Assembly: GCA_002728755.1 (NCBI GenBank)
Contig: PBVT01000008.1
Location: 5,189-69,188, forward strand
Length of the DNA stretch: 64,000 bases
Source of the DNA: Myxococcales bacterium
GTDB lineage: Bacteria > Myxococcota_A > UBA9042 > UBA3505
Direction: 5' to 3'
The stretch's first letter is position 1. Each line of letters begins with the position of its first letter. A program made the translations under genes and the position numbers. The notes under the pieces were generated by a model that was given only the letters and a program-made list of their open reading frames with translations, did not search any database and was not told the origin of the DNA. Positions 48,344-58,229 of this stretch are shown here, one piece after another.

Positions 48344-51300
48344 ATGTTCAAAGTTTGGCTCCAATCGTGGATTCGCTTCTCTATGAAGCACCCCTATGCG
48401 GTCGTATTTGTGACCCTGGCTTTGAACGCAGTTCTCGGTTACGAAGCCGTAAGCCGGTTTGCTATCCGGAGCGACATCGCCGATCTTCTCCCTGAGGATC
48501 GGGAACGGGTCTCCAACCATCGCTGGGTGCAAGCGCATACGGGTGCACCGGAGATCATCGAGGCGATCTTGATGCCTCGAGAGCCGGAACCCGACCGCCT
48601 CCTTATTCTGGAGGGGCCAGGAGAAGGCACCAGTCGTGACATAGGACAGGTGACAACGACCCCAGAGGGAATGACGATTCGGTTCCGAAGCCCGTTATTC
48701 TCCGAAGATGGGAGTTACGAAAAAGTACGCTTTGGGTTTCTTCCTCGAGCTGGGGACCAGAACGCATGGAACCACATTGAATTTTCTGGTGAGCTAATCC
48801 AGAAAGGAAAAAACGTACAGTTTCGGGTCGCCCCTACTCCTTCTAGCCATAAGCTGACCATGGAGGAGTTAACGAGCCGTATTCGCGCTGGAGATCCCAA
48901 CGGAGACGGTCGCTTCGAGATCGATCACGCGAAAAAAGCGCTACGTATCCTAGCCCGAAAGCTTACTGATCTATCCATGATCGACTACGCGATCGCACAA
49001 GTCCCCATTCGCTATTTCCAGGAAAACGCGGTCTTATTTGCGCCCAAATCTGATCTCCAGTTGGTGAAATGTTGCATCGTCTGGAAACAAAAAGAAGCGA
49101 TTCGCCGCGATATGGGCATCAACAATGATGCGGACAGCGCTATCGAAGACGAGGAGGAAGAAGAGGAAGATGACGATCCCTTCTTAACGGATAGTAAGCC
49201 AGACGCCGATCCCGACTGCGCAAACCAGGATATCAGCGAAGACACCTGTACTTTTGAACGGATCTCCACCACACGCGGGGTCATCCGAAATATACCGGAG
49301 TATTTCATTTCGAAACTCGGCTACCTGGCCATCTTCATCAAGCCGAGCTCTCCCTCAACAGATTTCGAGCTGAACCGAACAACGCAACGAGATGTTCGTG
49401 CCATGGTTCAAGCAACACTTCTGGAAAACAACGAAGAGCTCGGACGCTCTCTTGACCCAGAGTCTCTGCAGCTTGGTGGCGGATATGTATACAACCAGGA
49501 ACAGATTCTTCAGACGCGTCGAGATCTTGGTCTATCCGTAATCATCACGGTCGCGCTCCTATTCTTCATCATTATCTTTTATTTTCGGCGAACACGGGCT
49601 CTATGGCTTGTACTCCTTCCTCTGATTCTCGGAGTCTTATGTTCCCTTGGGCTTACCTTTCTCACGATCGGTTATCTGAACATCATCACCGCGTTCATCT
49701 TTGCCATTCTGTTGGGATTAGGCGTGGACTTTGGTGTTCATATTATGAACCGGTACGTAGAGGAGCGCGCCATCGGTAAATCCATAGAAGAGGCTCTGAT
49801 GCGTGCGCTGGGCAGTACCGGCTTCGCTACATCGGTCGGCGCCCTGACGACTACAATCACGTTCCTTACTCTCAGTCTGACATCGTTTCGAGGCTTTAGT
49901 CAGTTTGGAATCATCGCCGGTATGGGAGTTCCCCTATGCCTGTTCTTTGTATTCATACTTCTCCCTCCTCTCACGCAGCTCTTTGAGCGCTGGAGGCCGG
50001 TCAAATGGGTGGTCCGTGGAACTGGGCACCCTGGCAAAGAACCCCGCCTACTGCAGTCCATGCTCAAGCCCAAAAACGCTCTACGAGTGACCATGGTTGT
50101 TTCTGGTATCGGGCTACTGTCCTTGATCGGCGTAAACACCCTTGAGTTTGAATACGACACACGGAATGCGAAGTCGATCAACCCAAGAATGGAAGCCGTT
50201 CAGAAAAACAAATCTGGTTCCACCAGTGGGCTCCCCCTATCACCAGGCATCGCGCTGGCGAAAAGCCAGAGTCAGGCCAACACCATCTACCGGACATTCC
50301 GGCAGGTCCTGAACACAGACAAACAAATCAAGCTGCTTCGAAAACACGGGGGACTGAGCTTTCTCCGACCACGGCTATCCACTGTAAAGGCCGTCATCAG
50401 CGCAAGCCGATTGATCCCTGAAGAACAGCCAGAAAAACTTCGCCTTGCCTGTGAAATCCACACTCTGCTTCGAAAGAAGCGAGACTTTCTGGATGACTCG
50501 TCGAAGCAAAAATATGTGGACCAGCTCATGGACCAGACACGCCTATGCGACCCAGAAGCCTGTCCTGGTGTACTCGCTAGCGGCGACGACAAATGCCTCC
50601 AACCCATCGCCGTGGATGCTCTGGACCCCAGCATCCGCCGTTTCTTTGACGAAAAACCCCGCGCACTCAGCTACGACGTCGACCCGTTGGAACCCCAGAA
50701 CATCCTGGCCGGATTTTTCCGCTGGATGGGCGTCCACCAAGCCGAGGTTCAGACACCCAAGAAACGCAGACATGGAACCTTTGTATATGTCTTCCCGGGC
50801 TCGAATATGTACGACGTTCGAAACAATGTCGCCTACACGAAAGAGCTGGAAAGCCTACGGATTGTGGAGTCCGCCCCCTCTGGTAAGACGACAGAATCGA
50901 AACTCATTCTAAGCTCCAGCCATGTCATCTTTGCTGACGTCTTCGAGGTCGTGAAAGAAGACGGTATCAAGGCGTGCAGTATTGCGTTCTACACGGTCTT
51001 TATACTCGTTCTTCTCTATTTCGCCTTCCTGGCTCGAACAAGGCGCCGGTATCTGCTCGCCCTTATAACGGCCCCTCTCCCAATTGAAATATATCTTCTG
51101 CAGAGCGCTGGGTATATCGCCCCCATGCACTCGGCCTCCGCCTTCATTCTAGCGGCGATTGGTGTCTTTCTTCTGGTGATGCTGATCGACCGACAGAGCG
51201 CCTATCACGCCTGTCTCGTCTTGGCTCCCCTGGCCTTGAGCTTCGTAATCCTTCTCGCCTCCATGGGGATTATTGGCTGGCGCATCAACTTCTACAATAT

Positions 51301-51637
51301 GATCGTCTTCCCAATCATTCTTGGCATCGGCGTAGATAGTGGAATTCATATCTATCACCGGTTCATAGAAGACGGGGAGCACAATATCCTGAATATTGTG
51401 CGCCATACTGGCGTAACCATCGGGGTCGCAACCTTGACCACGTCCATCGGGTTTGGAGCTATGTTGGTGGCCAATCACCTGGGACTTCAAAGTATTGGTA
51501 AGGCAGCATTGCTAGGACTCTCCATCACATTTGTGAACGCGGTCGTCTTTCTTCCGTGCCTTTTACGCGTACTGATGAAGTACAATCGTATTCCGGAAAT
51601 CCGACGCGCTCAGCCCACGGACTCCTCCGTTGTGTAG
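48344..51637 (+). CDS. RND-superfamily MMPL-type transporter (two 6-TM bundles with large periplasmic domains)
   Basis: A 1097-aa protein with two clusters of TM helices (about 430-560 and 920-1080) of RND/MMPL/SSD topology. It also carries a poly-acidic insert EDEEEEEEDDDP. Confidence 0.7.
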   Translation: MFKVWLQSWIRFSMKHPYAVVFVTLALNAVLGYEAVSRFAIRSDIADLLPEDRERVSNHRWVQAHTGAPEIIEAILMPREPEPDRLLILEGPGEGTSRDIGQVTTTPEGMTIRFRSPLFSEDGSYEKVRFGFLPRAGDQNAWNHIEFSGELIQKGKNVQFRVAPTPSSHKLTMEELTSRIRAGDPNGDGRFEIDHAKKALRILARKLTDLSMIDYAIAQVPIRYFQENAVLFAPKSDLQLVKCCIVWKQKEAIRRDMGINNDADSAIEDEEEEEEDDDPFLTDSKPDADPDCANQDISEDTCTFERISTTRGVIRNIPEYFISKLGYLAIFIKPSSPSTDFELNRTTQRDVRAMVQATLLENNEELGRSLDPESLQLGGGYVYNQEQILQTRRDLGLSVIITVALLFFIIIFYFRRTRALWLVLLPLILGVLCSLGLTFLTIGYLNIITAFIFAILLGLGVDFGVHIMNRYVEERAIGKSIEEALMRALGSTGFATSVGALTTTITFLTLSLTSFRGFSQFGIIAGMGVPLCLFFVFILLPPLTQLFERWRPVKWVVRGTGHPGKEPRLLQSMLKPKNALRVTMVVSGIGLLSLIGVNTLEFEYDTRNAKSINPRMEAVQKNKSGSTSGLPLSPGIALAKSQSQANTIYRTFRQVLNTDKQIKLLRKHGGLSFLRPRLSTVKAVISASRLIPEEQPEKLRLACEIHTLLRKKRDFLDDSSKQKYVDQLMDQTRLCDPEACPGVLASGDDKCLQPIAVDALDPSIRRFFDEKPRALSYDVDPLEPQNILAGFFRWMGVHQAEVQTPKKRRHGTFVYVFPGSNMYDVRNNVAYTKELESLRIVESAPSGKTTESKLILSSSHVIFADVFEVVKEDGIKACSIAFYTVFILVLLYFAFLARTRRRYLLALITAPLPIEIYLLQSAGYIAPMHSASAFILAAIGVFLLVMLIDRQSAYHACLVLAPLALSFVILLASMGIIGWRINFYNMIVFPIILGIGVDSGIHIYHRFIEDGEHNILNIVRHTGVTIGVATLTTSIGFGAMLVANHLGLQSIGKAALLGLSITFVNAVVFLPCLLRVLMKYNRIPEIRRAQPTDSSVV

Positions 51638-51694
51638 AAATCACCCCTTGCAACCTTTCGCTGTTTATGGATTGATACGACTCAATTCCAGCGG

Positions 51695-53035
51695 ATGTCC
51701 GGAGTCGTATCTGTGCGACAGAAATACAAGCTCCTAAAAAAGATCGACGTCGGTGGAATGGCGGAAATATACCGGGCCAACCTGGTGTCGATGAAGGGGT
51801 TCGAGAAGGAAGTGGCGATCAAAAAGGTCTTGCCCAACCTCACTCGAAATCGCCGCTTTGTATCGATGTTTCTCGATGAGGCTCGCCTCTGTATGAACTT
51901 GACCCATCCGAATATCGTCCCGGTGTTTGATGTCGGCCGTTCCGGCGACGCCTACTTTATCGTGATGGAATTCGTGAACGGGACCAATCTGAAACGATTG
52001 TTTCGGAAGTTCTCGGAGCGAGGACAGTCGATGCCCCTGCACCTGGCGGCCTTTACGGTAGCGGAGATACTGAAAGGCCTCGCCTACGCACACGAGTCGA
52101 CCGACGCATCGGGCGATCCTCTGAACATTGTGCACCGTGATGTGAGCCCTCCGAATATCCTCATCTCGCAGAATGGCTACGTAAAACTTACGGACTTCGG
52201 ACTGGCAAAAGCATCCACGCAATTGCTCGCGACCGACCCGGGAATGGTCAAGGGAAAGTTCTCCTACCTGGCACCTGAGACGGTTTCCGGTAACGCGCCT
52301 GACCATCGTACAGATATCTTTTCGGCGGGTATCATACTTTGGGAGCTGCTGAGTGGACGGCGACTCTTTGTGGGGCGAACGCATGTAGAGACGGTCGAAG
52401 CGGTTCGTAACTGTAATGTTGTCCCCATCAGTCAGCTCAATTCGGAGATCGACCCCGAATTCGAAGAGATATTGAATAAAGCACTGCATATGTCGCCGGA
52501 GGAACGGTACCAGAGTGCCCGCGAGTTCGGTGATGCGATTACCAGCTATCTGTTCTCCCATGGGTTGAAAGTAACCAATTTCGACATGGCCGAGTTCCTG
52601 ACGAGTCTTGGTGAAACCACACCGATCGAAATCGACGACGAGCAGATTGCGACACTCATTGAGGACGAGCTGCTAACGCTCTCCGTGATGGGGCTCTATA
52701 TCCCTGGTGACGAGATGGAGGGCACAAGCCCATTACACCCCGATGTGCTCGATTTGAAAGACGGCGTCTTCGAGTTGGACGACATTTTCGACGACATACC
52801 ACCTGAAACTCCTGACGAAACCAATGCAGAGGGGCAACAGAACCCTTTGGGAGCAGCCCCCACCGGTGACGCCACCGCCACGGCCTCGGAGAACACCGCC
52901 TCGAACGCAGACGATGACTTCGACGATTCGGATGATGAGCTGGTCTGGATATCCCCCGGACTGGTCGCGTTATTGGCTATGGCCGGAAGCGCGGCGGTTG
53001 CTGCGATTGCCTATCTGGTGCTGAACCTGGGCTGA
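51695..53035 (+). CDS. Ser/Thr protein kinase with C-terminal acidic region and TM anchor
   Basis: Hanks kinase motifs (GGMAEIY, AIKK, HRDVSPPNILI, DFGLAK, APE) and a C-terminal hydrophobic segment LVALLAMAGSAAVAAIAYLVL. Confidence 0.8.
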   Translation: MSGVVSVRQKYKLLKKIDVGGMAEIYRANLVSMKGFEKEVAIKKVLPNLTRNRRFVSMFLDEARLCMNLTHPNIVPVFDVGRSGDAYFIVMEFVNGTNLKRLFRKFSERGQSMPLHLAAFTVAEILKGLAYAHESTDASGDPLNIVHRDVSPPNILISQNGYVKLTDFGLAKASTQLLATDPGMVKGKFSYLAPETVSGNAPDHRTDIFSAGIILWELLSGRRLFVGRTHVETVEAVRNCNVVPISQLNSEIDPEFEEILNKALHMSPEERYQSAREFGDAITSYLFSHGLKVTNFDMAEFLTSLGETTPIEIDDEQIATLIEDELLTLSVMGLYIPGDEMEGTSPLHPDVLDLKDGVFELDDIFDDIPPETPDETNAEGQQNPLGAAPTGDATATASENTASNADDDFDDSDDELVWISPGLVALLAMAGSAAVAAIAYLVLNLG

Positions 53036-53048
53036 TCCCCAATTCAGC

Positions 53049-55292
53049 TCAATCGTCTGTCCGTGGAAGAGGCCAGCTTCCTGGAACCTCTAGCTCACGA
53101 AGCTCATCGAGCTCCTCTCCATGAGACTCGCCCGAATCGATCTCGAACAACTCGATCTCTTCGCCATGCATATTTTCGTCGAGTTCACCACGGCGCCTCT
53201 TTTCTTCCTGCTCTTTACGCTCTTTCCGCTTCAACTGCGCGAGTCGCTTTCTGCTCATCGATTTATAGATAACCGGTCGATCGTTCTTGATCTTAAAGGT
53301 ACGCCACCACAAGAAATGTACCGGGTGGAAATGGTAAAGAACTCCTTTCCAGGGCTTCTGCTCTAGACCAATATGCTTCGCTGTATCTTCCGTCAGCCAG
53401 ATGAACGGTATCATCTCTTCCAGCACCCGCAGATAGGCCGATTCGGCCTTCAGACGTTTCGGGCCCCGCATCAAGGACCGTAAGCGTGACTTCACCTCCC
53501 CCCAGTTCTTCGGTGATCCCTTATCGGGGTCCTCAAAGAGGGCTCGGAACCAATCGACCTGATCGGACCACTCCGAAACATGTCGTGTAGCCGCCGCCCG
53601 CATTCTTTGCAGAGCCGGACCAGGCTCAGAGTCGTAGAAGTCCATAATCTCATCTTCGTCGAGGATTCGACGATCCAATCCTCGACCCCGGAGTCTCGCT
53701 CCGGGCCGGAAGTCGGCCAAGACCCTTTTGGAACGCACGAGAAGTGAACGTTCCAGGTCCTCTGAAACCATTTCAAAATAGCGTCGGTGGCCCCCTCCTG
53801 AGACCGCCTGCGTCCATTGGGAGTCCGTAAAGATCTCTACATGGACGAGCTCCTCTCGCTCGTCTTCGGTTCCCAACTCACCACTAAAGCCAATCGTGGT
53901 ACCGGCCGTAACCTGAATGGCTTTCTTCCCCCCAGGTTTGAACATGGCCACCTTACCTTCACGCAAGGCCTGTAACGAGCCCTTCGTAAACATAAGGATC
54001 GGGTTGCGCCGTTCCGTCTCGTCGGATTCGGAGTCCCTATCATCCGTATCTCTACTATCTGCTCTCTCCTTCTTTGCTCCAGGCTTGGCTGCGGCGGCCT
54101 CCGCTTCCAGCATAGTACGTAACCAGTCTGGCTGTTCCGTTTTGGAGTCCATGGAGAACGTCAGCGGTCCTAGATGCATATAGAGAGAGTAGAACCGTAG
54201 AGTCTTTTCGTCTTCGTCCGGTCGAGCCGGCATGGGCACTTCATGACGAAGCACCACAAAGTTGTTGCTACCACGAACGGTAGGATCATCCGAAAAGTGT
54301 GCCAAGACCAGTGTACCGGAAAACATCGCCTGTACGGGAGTTCCCCGCTTCACGAAGAAATGTGTTCCACCATGCCAGTTTTGATACCGGCCAACCGGGT
54401 AGGTTCCACCTTTCCGAGCCGTCTCCGTATTGCGGTAATACTGCTCAGCAGCCGCACGGAATTTCTGAGGATCACGAAGCTCAGTCATGCTTCGAGGAAC
54501 CCCGGAGAGCGGTATGGGGAACGAATTCTGGGTATCGCTGATGGCGGCCATCACCCGGTCCCAGTCGAAGGCCGGGCCCGGATCCCACTTCTCAGCGCTC
54601 AGATGCCAATGGGCTAAAAGCCCCTTAAATGAATTGGCATCGTCTTCTTCCAGAATGTTCAGACGAACCTCACCGTTCTCACCCAGGGGAACATTCTTGG
54701 GGATATCCAAGCTCCCCATGAGCTCCGTCAGCAGCGCGATAAGCGCCTGATATTGTGCGTCGGTATAGCCATAGGAGCGGTATTGCACACCATTGATACG
54801 TACCGGGGGCGACGGGCCATCTCGCTGCTGACGACGACCATAGGTGTGCCCTTCCTTTGGAGTTCTGAGCAGGTTATGGGCGACATGGTTGAGATCGATA
54901 CCGATGCTGCGATCGTTCGCTTCACCGGCGTGAACCGCCTTATATTCCACATCAAGGGTCTGGTAGATGGTCCCGTCAGAATCAATCAAGAAATGTGTCG
55001 AAAGACCACGTCGTTGCAGCACATCGACCGCACCTGCAGAGGTATGAGTGACATCCCAATGGAGTATGATCTGGCTTATAGCGGCCTTCAGATCTTCCAG
55101 GGAACCGACGCGGCCATCCGGACCCTTTCGAGCCCCCCATCCTCGACCGGGATTGGAGATTGGATCCGATAGATATTGGGCCGTCCCCAGGCGCTTCAGG
55201 TCCAGGCTACGCTTATCCTTCCAGGTCACAACTCCGTTCGGAGCCCCTTTAACCTCGTGCTTCTGACCCATGATGTAGATGTGGTTGTCCAC
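53049..55292 (-). CDS. multidomain peptidoglycan hydrolase: N-acetylmuramoyl-L-alanine amidase (amidase_2/PGRP) + split M23 (LytM-like) peptidase + charged C-terminal region; no signal peptide
   Basis: Amidase_2 motifs (HWDVT...HAGEANDRSIGIDL, HWHLSAEKWDPGPAFDW). M23-like motifs WHGGTHF..GTPV, YSLYMHL and GFSGELGTEDEREELVHVEIF are separated by an acidic insert, and the second motif is H-poor. The C-terminus is Lys/Arg/Glu-rich. Confidence 0.65.
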   Translation of the reverse strand: MDNHIYIMGQKHEVKGAPNGVVTWKDKRSLDLKRLGTAQYLSDPISNPGRGWGARKGPDGRVGSLEDLKAAISQIILHWDVTHTSAGAVDVLQRRGLSTHFLIDSDGTIYQTLDVEYKAVHAGEANDRSIGIDLNHVAHNLLRTPKEGHTYGRRQQRDGPSPPVRINGVQYRSYGYTDAQYQALIALLTELMGSLDIPKNVPLGENGEVRLNILEEDDANSFKGLLAHWHLSAEKWDPGPAFDWDRVMAAISDTQNSFPIPLSGVPRSMTELRDPQKFRAAAEQYYRNTETARKGGTYPVGRYQNWHGGTHFFVKRGTPVQAMFSGTLVLAHFSDDPTVRGSNNFVVLRHEVPMPARPDEDEKTLRFYSLYMHLGPLTFSMDSKTEQPDWLRTMLEAEAAAAKPGAKKERADSRDTDDRDSESDETERRNPILMFTKGSLQALREGKVAMFKPGGKKAIQVTAGTTIGFSGELGTEDEREELVHVEIFTDSQWTQAVSGGGHRRYFEMVSEDLERSLLVRSKRVLADFRPGARLRGRGLDRRILDEDEIMDFYDSEPGPALQRMRAAATRHVSEWSDQVDWFRALFEDPDKGSPKNWGEVKSRLRSLMRGPKRLKAESAYLRVLEEMIPFIWLTEDTAKHIGLEQKPWKGVLYHFHPVHFLWWRTFKIKNDRPVIYKSMSRKRLAQLKRKERKEQEEKRRRGELDENMHGEEIELFEIDSGESHGEELDELRELEVPGSWPLPRTDD

Positions 55293-55295
55293 GGA

Positions 55296-56939
55296 TCAGC
55301 CTCCCTTCCCGAATAACTTCTTTATGAGCTTCACAAAGCCCTTGCCTATCTTGAGGAAGAGCTTCAGGCCAATGAACAATAAAAGCATCCCCAGTACGAC
55401 CAGAACAATATTCGCCGGCCAACGACCAATCTTATTTTGTAACCAGCCCTTAAAGCGGTGAAATCTAGCGACGAGACCACGATCCACACGAGGAATCGTC
55501 GCCGACATCCAGTCGGTCTTGGAGATATTTCTCCTATCCCCGATTACCGAGGCCGCAAGTCGAACCTCTAGCGTCTCTCCTTCTAGAAATTTGTCGGCAC
55601 CTGTTGGCCGGAGATCGATCACCAGACTGGAAGTAAGTTCCGTAATGGCCGCTCGAGCCTCCTTCACAAAAGAATCCCCTGAATCCGCCATTCGGAAGGT
55701 GCCACCACTCTTATTGCTGAGTAGGCGCATACGTTCGACCACATAGGAATCGGCAGATGGTAACAATACGGTCTGAAGGCGTATTTGATTCGCCCGCAGC
55801 AGCGGAAGAAGAGTTGTCGCTTTCTCCAGGAACGGCTCTTGTTGAATCGTCCCCACGGCCTTCGCCATACGTCTGGATATGCACTTCTTCTGGCAGCGAC
55901 GACGCGCTTTCTTTTTCGAGATTCCGGCTTCACGCCGCTCATTCGTCACACACTTGTCCGTCGCCCCCTTATCTTCTCGACAGGTGGCTGCTATGGAATC
56001 CTGACACCTGGCGAGGGTCTGCGTATATCCATCAACACCATCCCCCAGATATACCAATAACGAGTATCCTCCCGGACGCCGGTAGCGAGTAAGCAGCTCC
56101 GCCGCCACGTCGATTCCACCCGTGCGCACACGCTTCTCAAGTTCTTCATCATCCAGTGGCGAGCGGTTTTCGGGATCCCGACGATCGCGGCTATGAAAGA
56201 CTTTGGGGGTTGCGTTCGGGCAATACCTCCACGGTAATCCAAGAATCGATGGATACTGGCCTTCAAAACTGGCTTCACCGCTTTCTTCAATAGCGGTCTC
56301 CAGGTCCTTCCATTCCCCAACGAGACCACAGGGATGCACAGCCTTGGAGACTCCCTTCTTGGCAACCTCGTTATAAAAATCAACATCCGCCTTCCGACAG
56401 AATTGGTGAATTTCCGTTTCACTCTGCACTTCCCAATAATCCGTGAACTCCGCGCCCCGGTCCGGATGCGCCACAAAATAATGAAGGCCATCTGTAACCC
56501 AGATGAGATTGACCCGCGCCGAGCCAGGCAGCTCCTTAAAAATTTCGGAGACTGCACTTCGAATGTAGCCCTGGGCTGCGCTGTCCATGTCCTTGTGGGC
56601 GCTTACGACCAGAACAACATCCAAGGGAAGTTCCTGGTCTGCAAAAGACGCGATCTCCGATTCAAAATGCGTAGGGGCCAGATCAATAAATGTCTCCAGC
56701 ACCTGTCCTCTCTTTGCGCCTTCCGTTCGGACTTCCACATCGAGCTGGAGAAGATCTTCATCCATTAGCATGGGGACGCGTCCGTCTTCGGATAGAAAAC
56801 TGGCAATCACACGAAGTCCGCGCCCAGACCGATTTTCCAACTTGAGGATCCGCCCCATGGTGGGCCCGGCGTACGCCTGGGCAATGCCACTGATGGCCAA
56901 AAGAGCCAATACTGCGATGCGAACAATCAGCCGAAGCAT
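55296..56939 (-). CDS. secreted vWA-like domain protein with Cys/Lys-rich module and cationic amphipathic C-terminal TM anchor
   Basis: A signal peptide MLRLIVRIAVLALLAISGIAQAYA. Rossmann-like segments (DVVLVVSAHKDM, LLVYLGDGVDG) suggest a degenerate vWA domain. The C-terminus reads IVLVVLGMLLLFIGLKLFLKIGKGFVKLIKKLFGKGG. The gene is 3 nt upstream of the hydrolase gene. Confidence 0.45.
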   Translation of the reverse strand: MLRLIVRIAVLALLAISGIAQAYAGPTMGRILKLENRSGRGLRVIASFLSEDGRVPMLMDEDLLQLDVEVRTEGAKRGQVLETFIDLAPTHFESEIASFADQELPLDVVLVVSAHKDMDSAAQGYIRSAVSEIFKELPGSARVNLIWVTDGLHYFVAHPDRGAEFTDYWEVQSETEIHQFCRKADVDFYNEVAKKGVSKAVHPCGLVGEWKDLETAIEESGEASFEGQYPSILGLPWRYCPNATPKVFHSRDRRDPENRSPLDDEELEKRVRTGGIDVAAELLTRYRRPGGYSLLVYLGDGVDGYTQTLARCQDSIAATCREDKGATDKCVTNERREAGISKKKARRRCQKKCISRRMAKAVGTIQQEPFLEKATTLLPLLRANQIRLQTVLLPSADSYVVERMRLLSNKSGGTFRMADSGDSFVKEARAAITELTSSLVIDLRPTGADKFLEGETLEVRLAASVIGDRRNISKTDWMSATIPRVDRGLVARFHRFKGWLQNKIGRWPANIVLVVLGMLLLFIGLKLFLKIGKGFVKLIKKLFGKGG

Positions 56940-57406
56940 GGTAACGCTCGCAGGTGAAAGGCTTTCATCCAGGAACTAGACCACGGTTGGCCCTCCTCGC
57001 CGTCCGGGTGCAAACTAACCGCCAACTCGTACTGTCCAGGAACCCAACGCTCCTCTGGCAGATCCAAGATAAGAGACAACCCATTCTTCGAGTCCGTCCA
57101 GCGGACCTCATCCACTATCGCTTCTAGATCGTCTTTCACACGTCGAACCCGAAGGGTTGCCGCTCCCTGCTTCCAGGAAGAAGGCAACGTAAGCTCAACA
57201 CGGCCACCTGGCCACCCCTCCCAGGCGACCAATACCGGCTCTTCACGTACACGTAAAAGATGGACAACCAGCCCGCCCGCCACCACGCCGACCGGAGCCG
57301 CTCCGAGAGCGAATCGGAGAAAGCGTCGTCGCCCCACATCGACCGAGTTGGATCCGAGTTCCGATTTCATGGGATCAAACATCCCGCGAATACCCAACGA
57401 ATGCAA
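56927..57406 (-). CDS. small hypothetical protein with Tat-like signal (GRRRFLRFALGAAP)
   Basis: It overlaps the downstream gene by 13 nt. The start is uncertain, with candidate Met codons at 57406, 57382 and 57370. Confidence 0.4.
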   Translation of the reverse strand: MHSLGIRGMFDPMKSELGSNSVDVGRRRFLRFALGAAPVGVVAGGLVVHLLRVREEPVLVAWEGWPGGRVELTLPSSWKQGAATLRVRRVKDDLEAIVDEVRWTDSKNGLSLILDLPEERWVPGQYELAVSLHPDGEEGQPWSSSWMKAFHLRALPCFG

Positions 57407-57462
57407 CTCATGACGAAGTCATGGCGAGTACTCGTCTCTCGAAATACGATCCTCGTTCACGA

Positions 57463-57765
57463 CTACTCAGACGTTGTCGAAACCTCCGCGCGGAGATGCT
57501 TATCCAGCACAAAAGTTCCAAATGGCACCAAGGAAGCGACAAAAGCCCAGAACTGAAACCGCAACGACCACTTCATGATACGAGCAGCCTGAAAGCCAAA
57601 GGCCAGATACAGCATGAAAAGGATTCCATGAATCCAACCGACAATCTTCACTGCGAGGGCGATCCCTGCCAGGTACTTCAAAGGCATCGCGATGCCCAAT
57701 AATACGAGGTACGAAATACCTTCGATGAGAGCGATCCATCGGAATCTTGCTAGTTCTTTATTCAC
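57463..57765 (-). CDS. DUF3817-like small integral membrane protein
   Basis: A 100-aa protein with 3-4 TM helices and a YdzA/DUF3817-like pattern. Confidence 0.5.
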   Translation of the reverse strand: MNKELARFRWIALIEGISYLVLLGIAMPLKYLAGIALAVKIVGWIHGILFMLYLAFGFQAARIMKWSLRFQFWAFVASLVPFGTFVLDKHLRAEVSTTSE

Positions 57766-57797
57766 CTCGTCTCCTCCAGACTATCCGCAAAGTCACA

Positions 57798-58229
57798 TCA
57801 CGACGCAGATTCACCTTTCTCCGACTCGCTGCCCGTATTTCCCAGGTCTTCATCCAGATTCTTGGCCCATGGCTGCGGCTGAAGACCACCCTCATCAAAA
57901 GATCGAATCAGCGCAGCGCGCTTGCGACCGTGGGCTCGTTCCAAAACCACGAACACTATCGCCAATAACACGAAGAAAGAGGCGAGTACGACGGCAAAAA
58001 TCCAAAAGGCCTTCTCCGATCCGACCGCCTGGTATTCCTGGTAACGGTCCTCGTAGAGCGCCGTGGATTCCTCCGACTGCCCCCTCCCCTCTACGGCAGA
58101 CTGCCGTAGCTCCGTCAATTCCTTGACCAGCCCTCGATGGTTATCTCGAGCTCGCTCAAGAAAGCCAATAGATACCAGCAGAACCACCAGAGGAACGGCC
58201 ACAACCAGAAAACGGTGCCAGTTTTTCAT
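57798..58229 (-). CDS. hypothetical membrane protein (two TM helices flanking a coiled-coil)
   Basis: TM helices at about residues 7-25 and 76-98. Confidence 0.4.
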   Translation of the reverse strand: MKNWHRFLVVAVPLVVLLVSIGFLERARDNHRGLVKELTELRQSAVEGRGQSEESTALYEDRYQEYQAVGSEKAFWIFAVVLASFFVLLAIVFVVLERAHGRKRAALIRSFDEGGLQPQPWAKNLDEDLGNTGSESEKGESAS

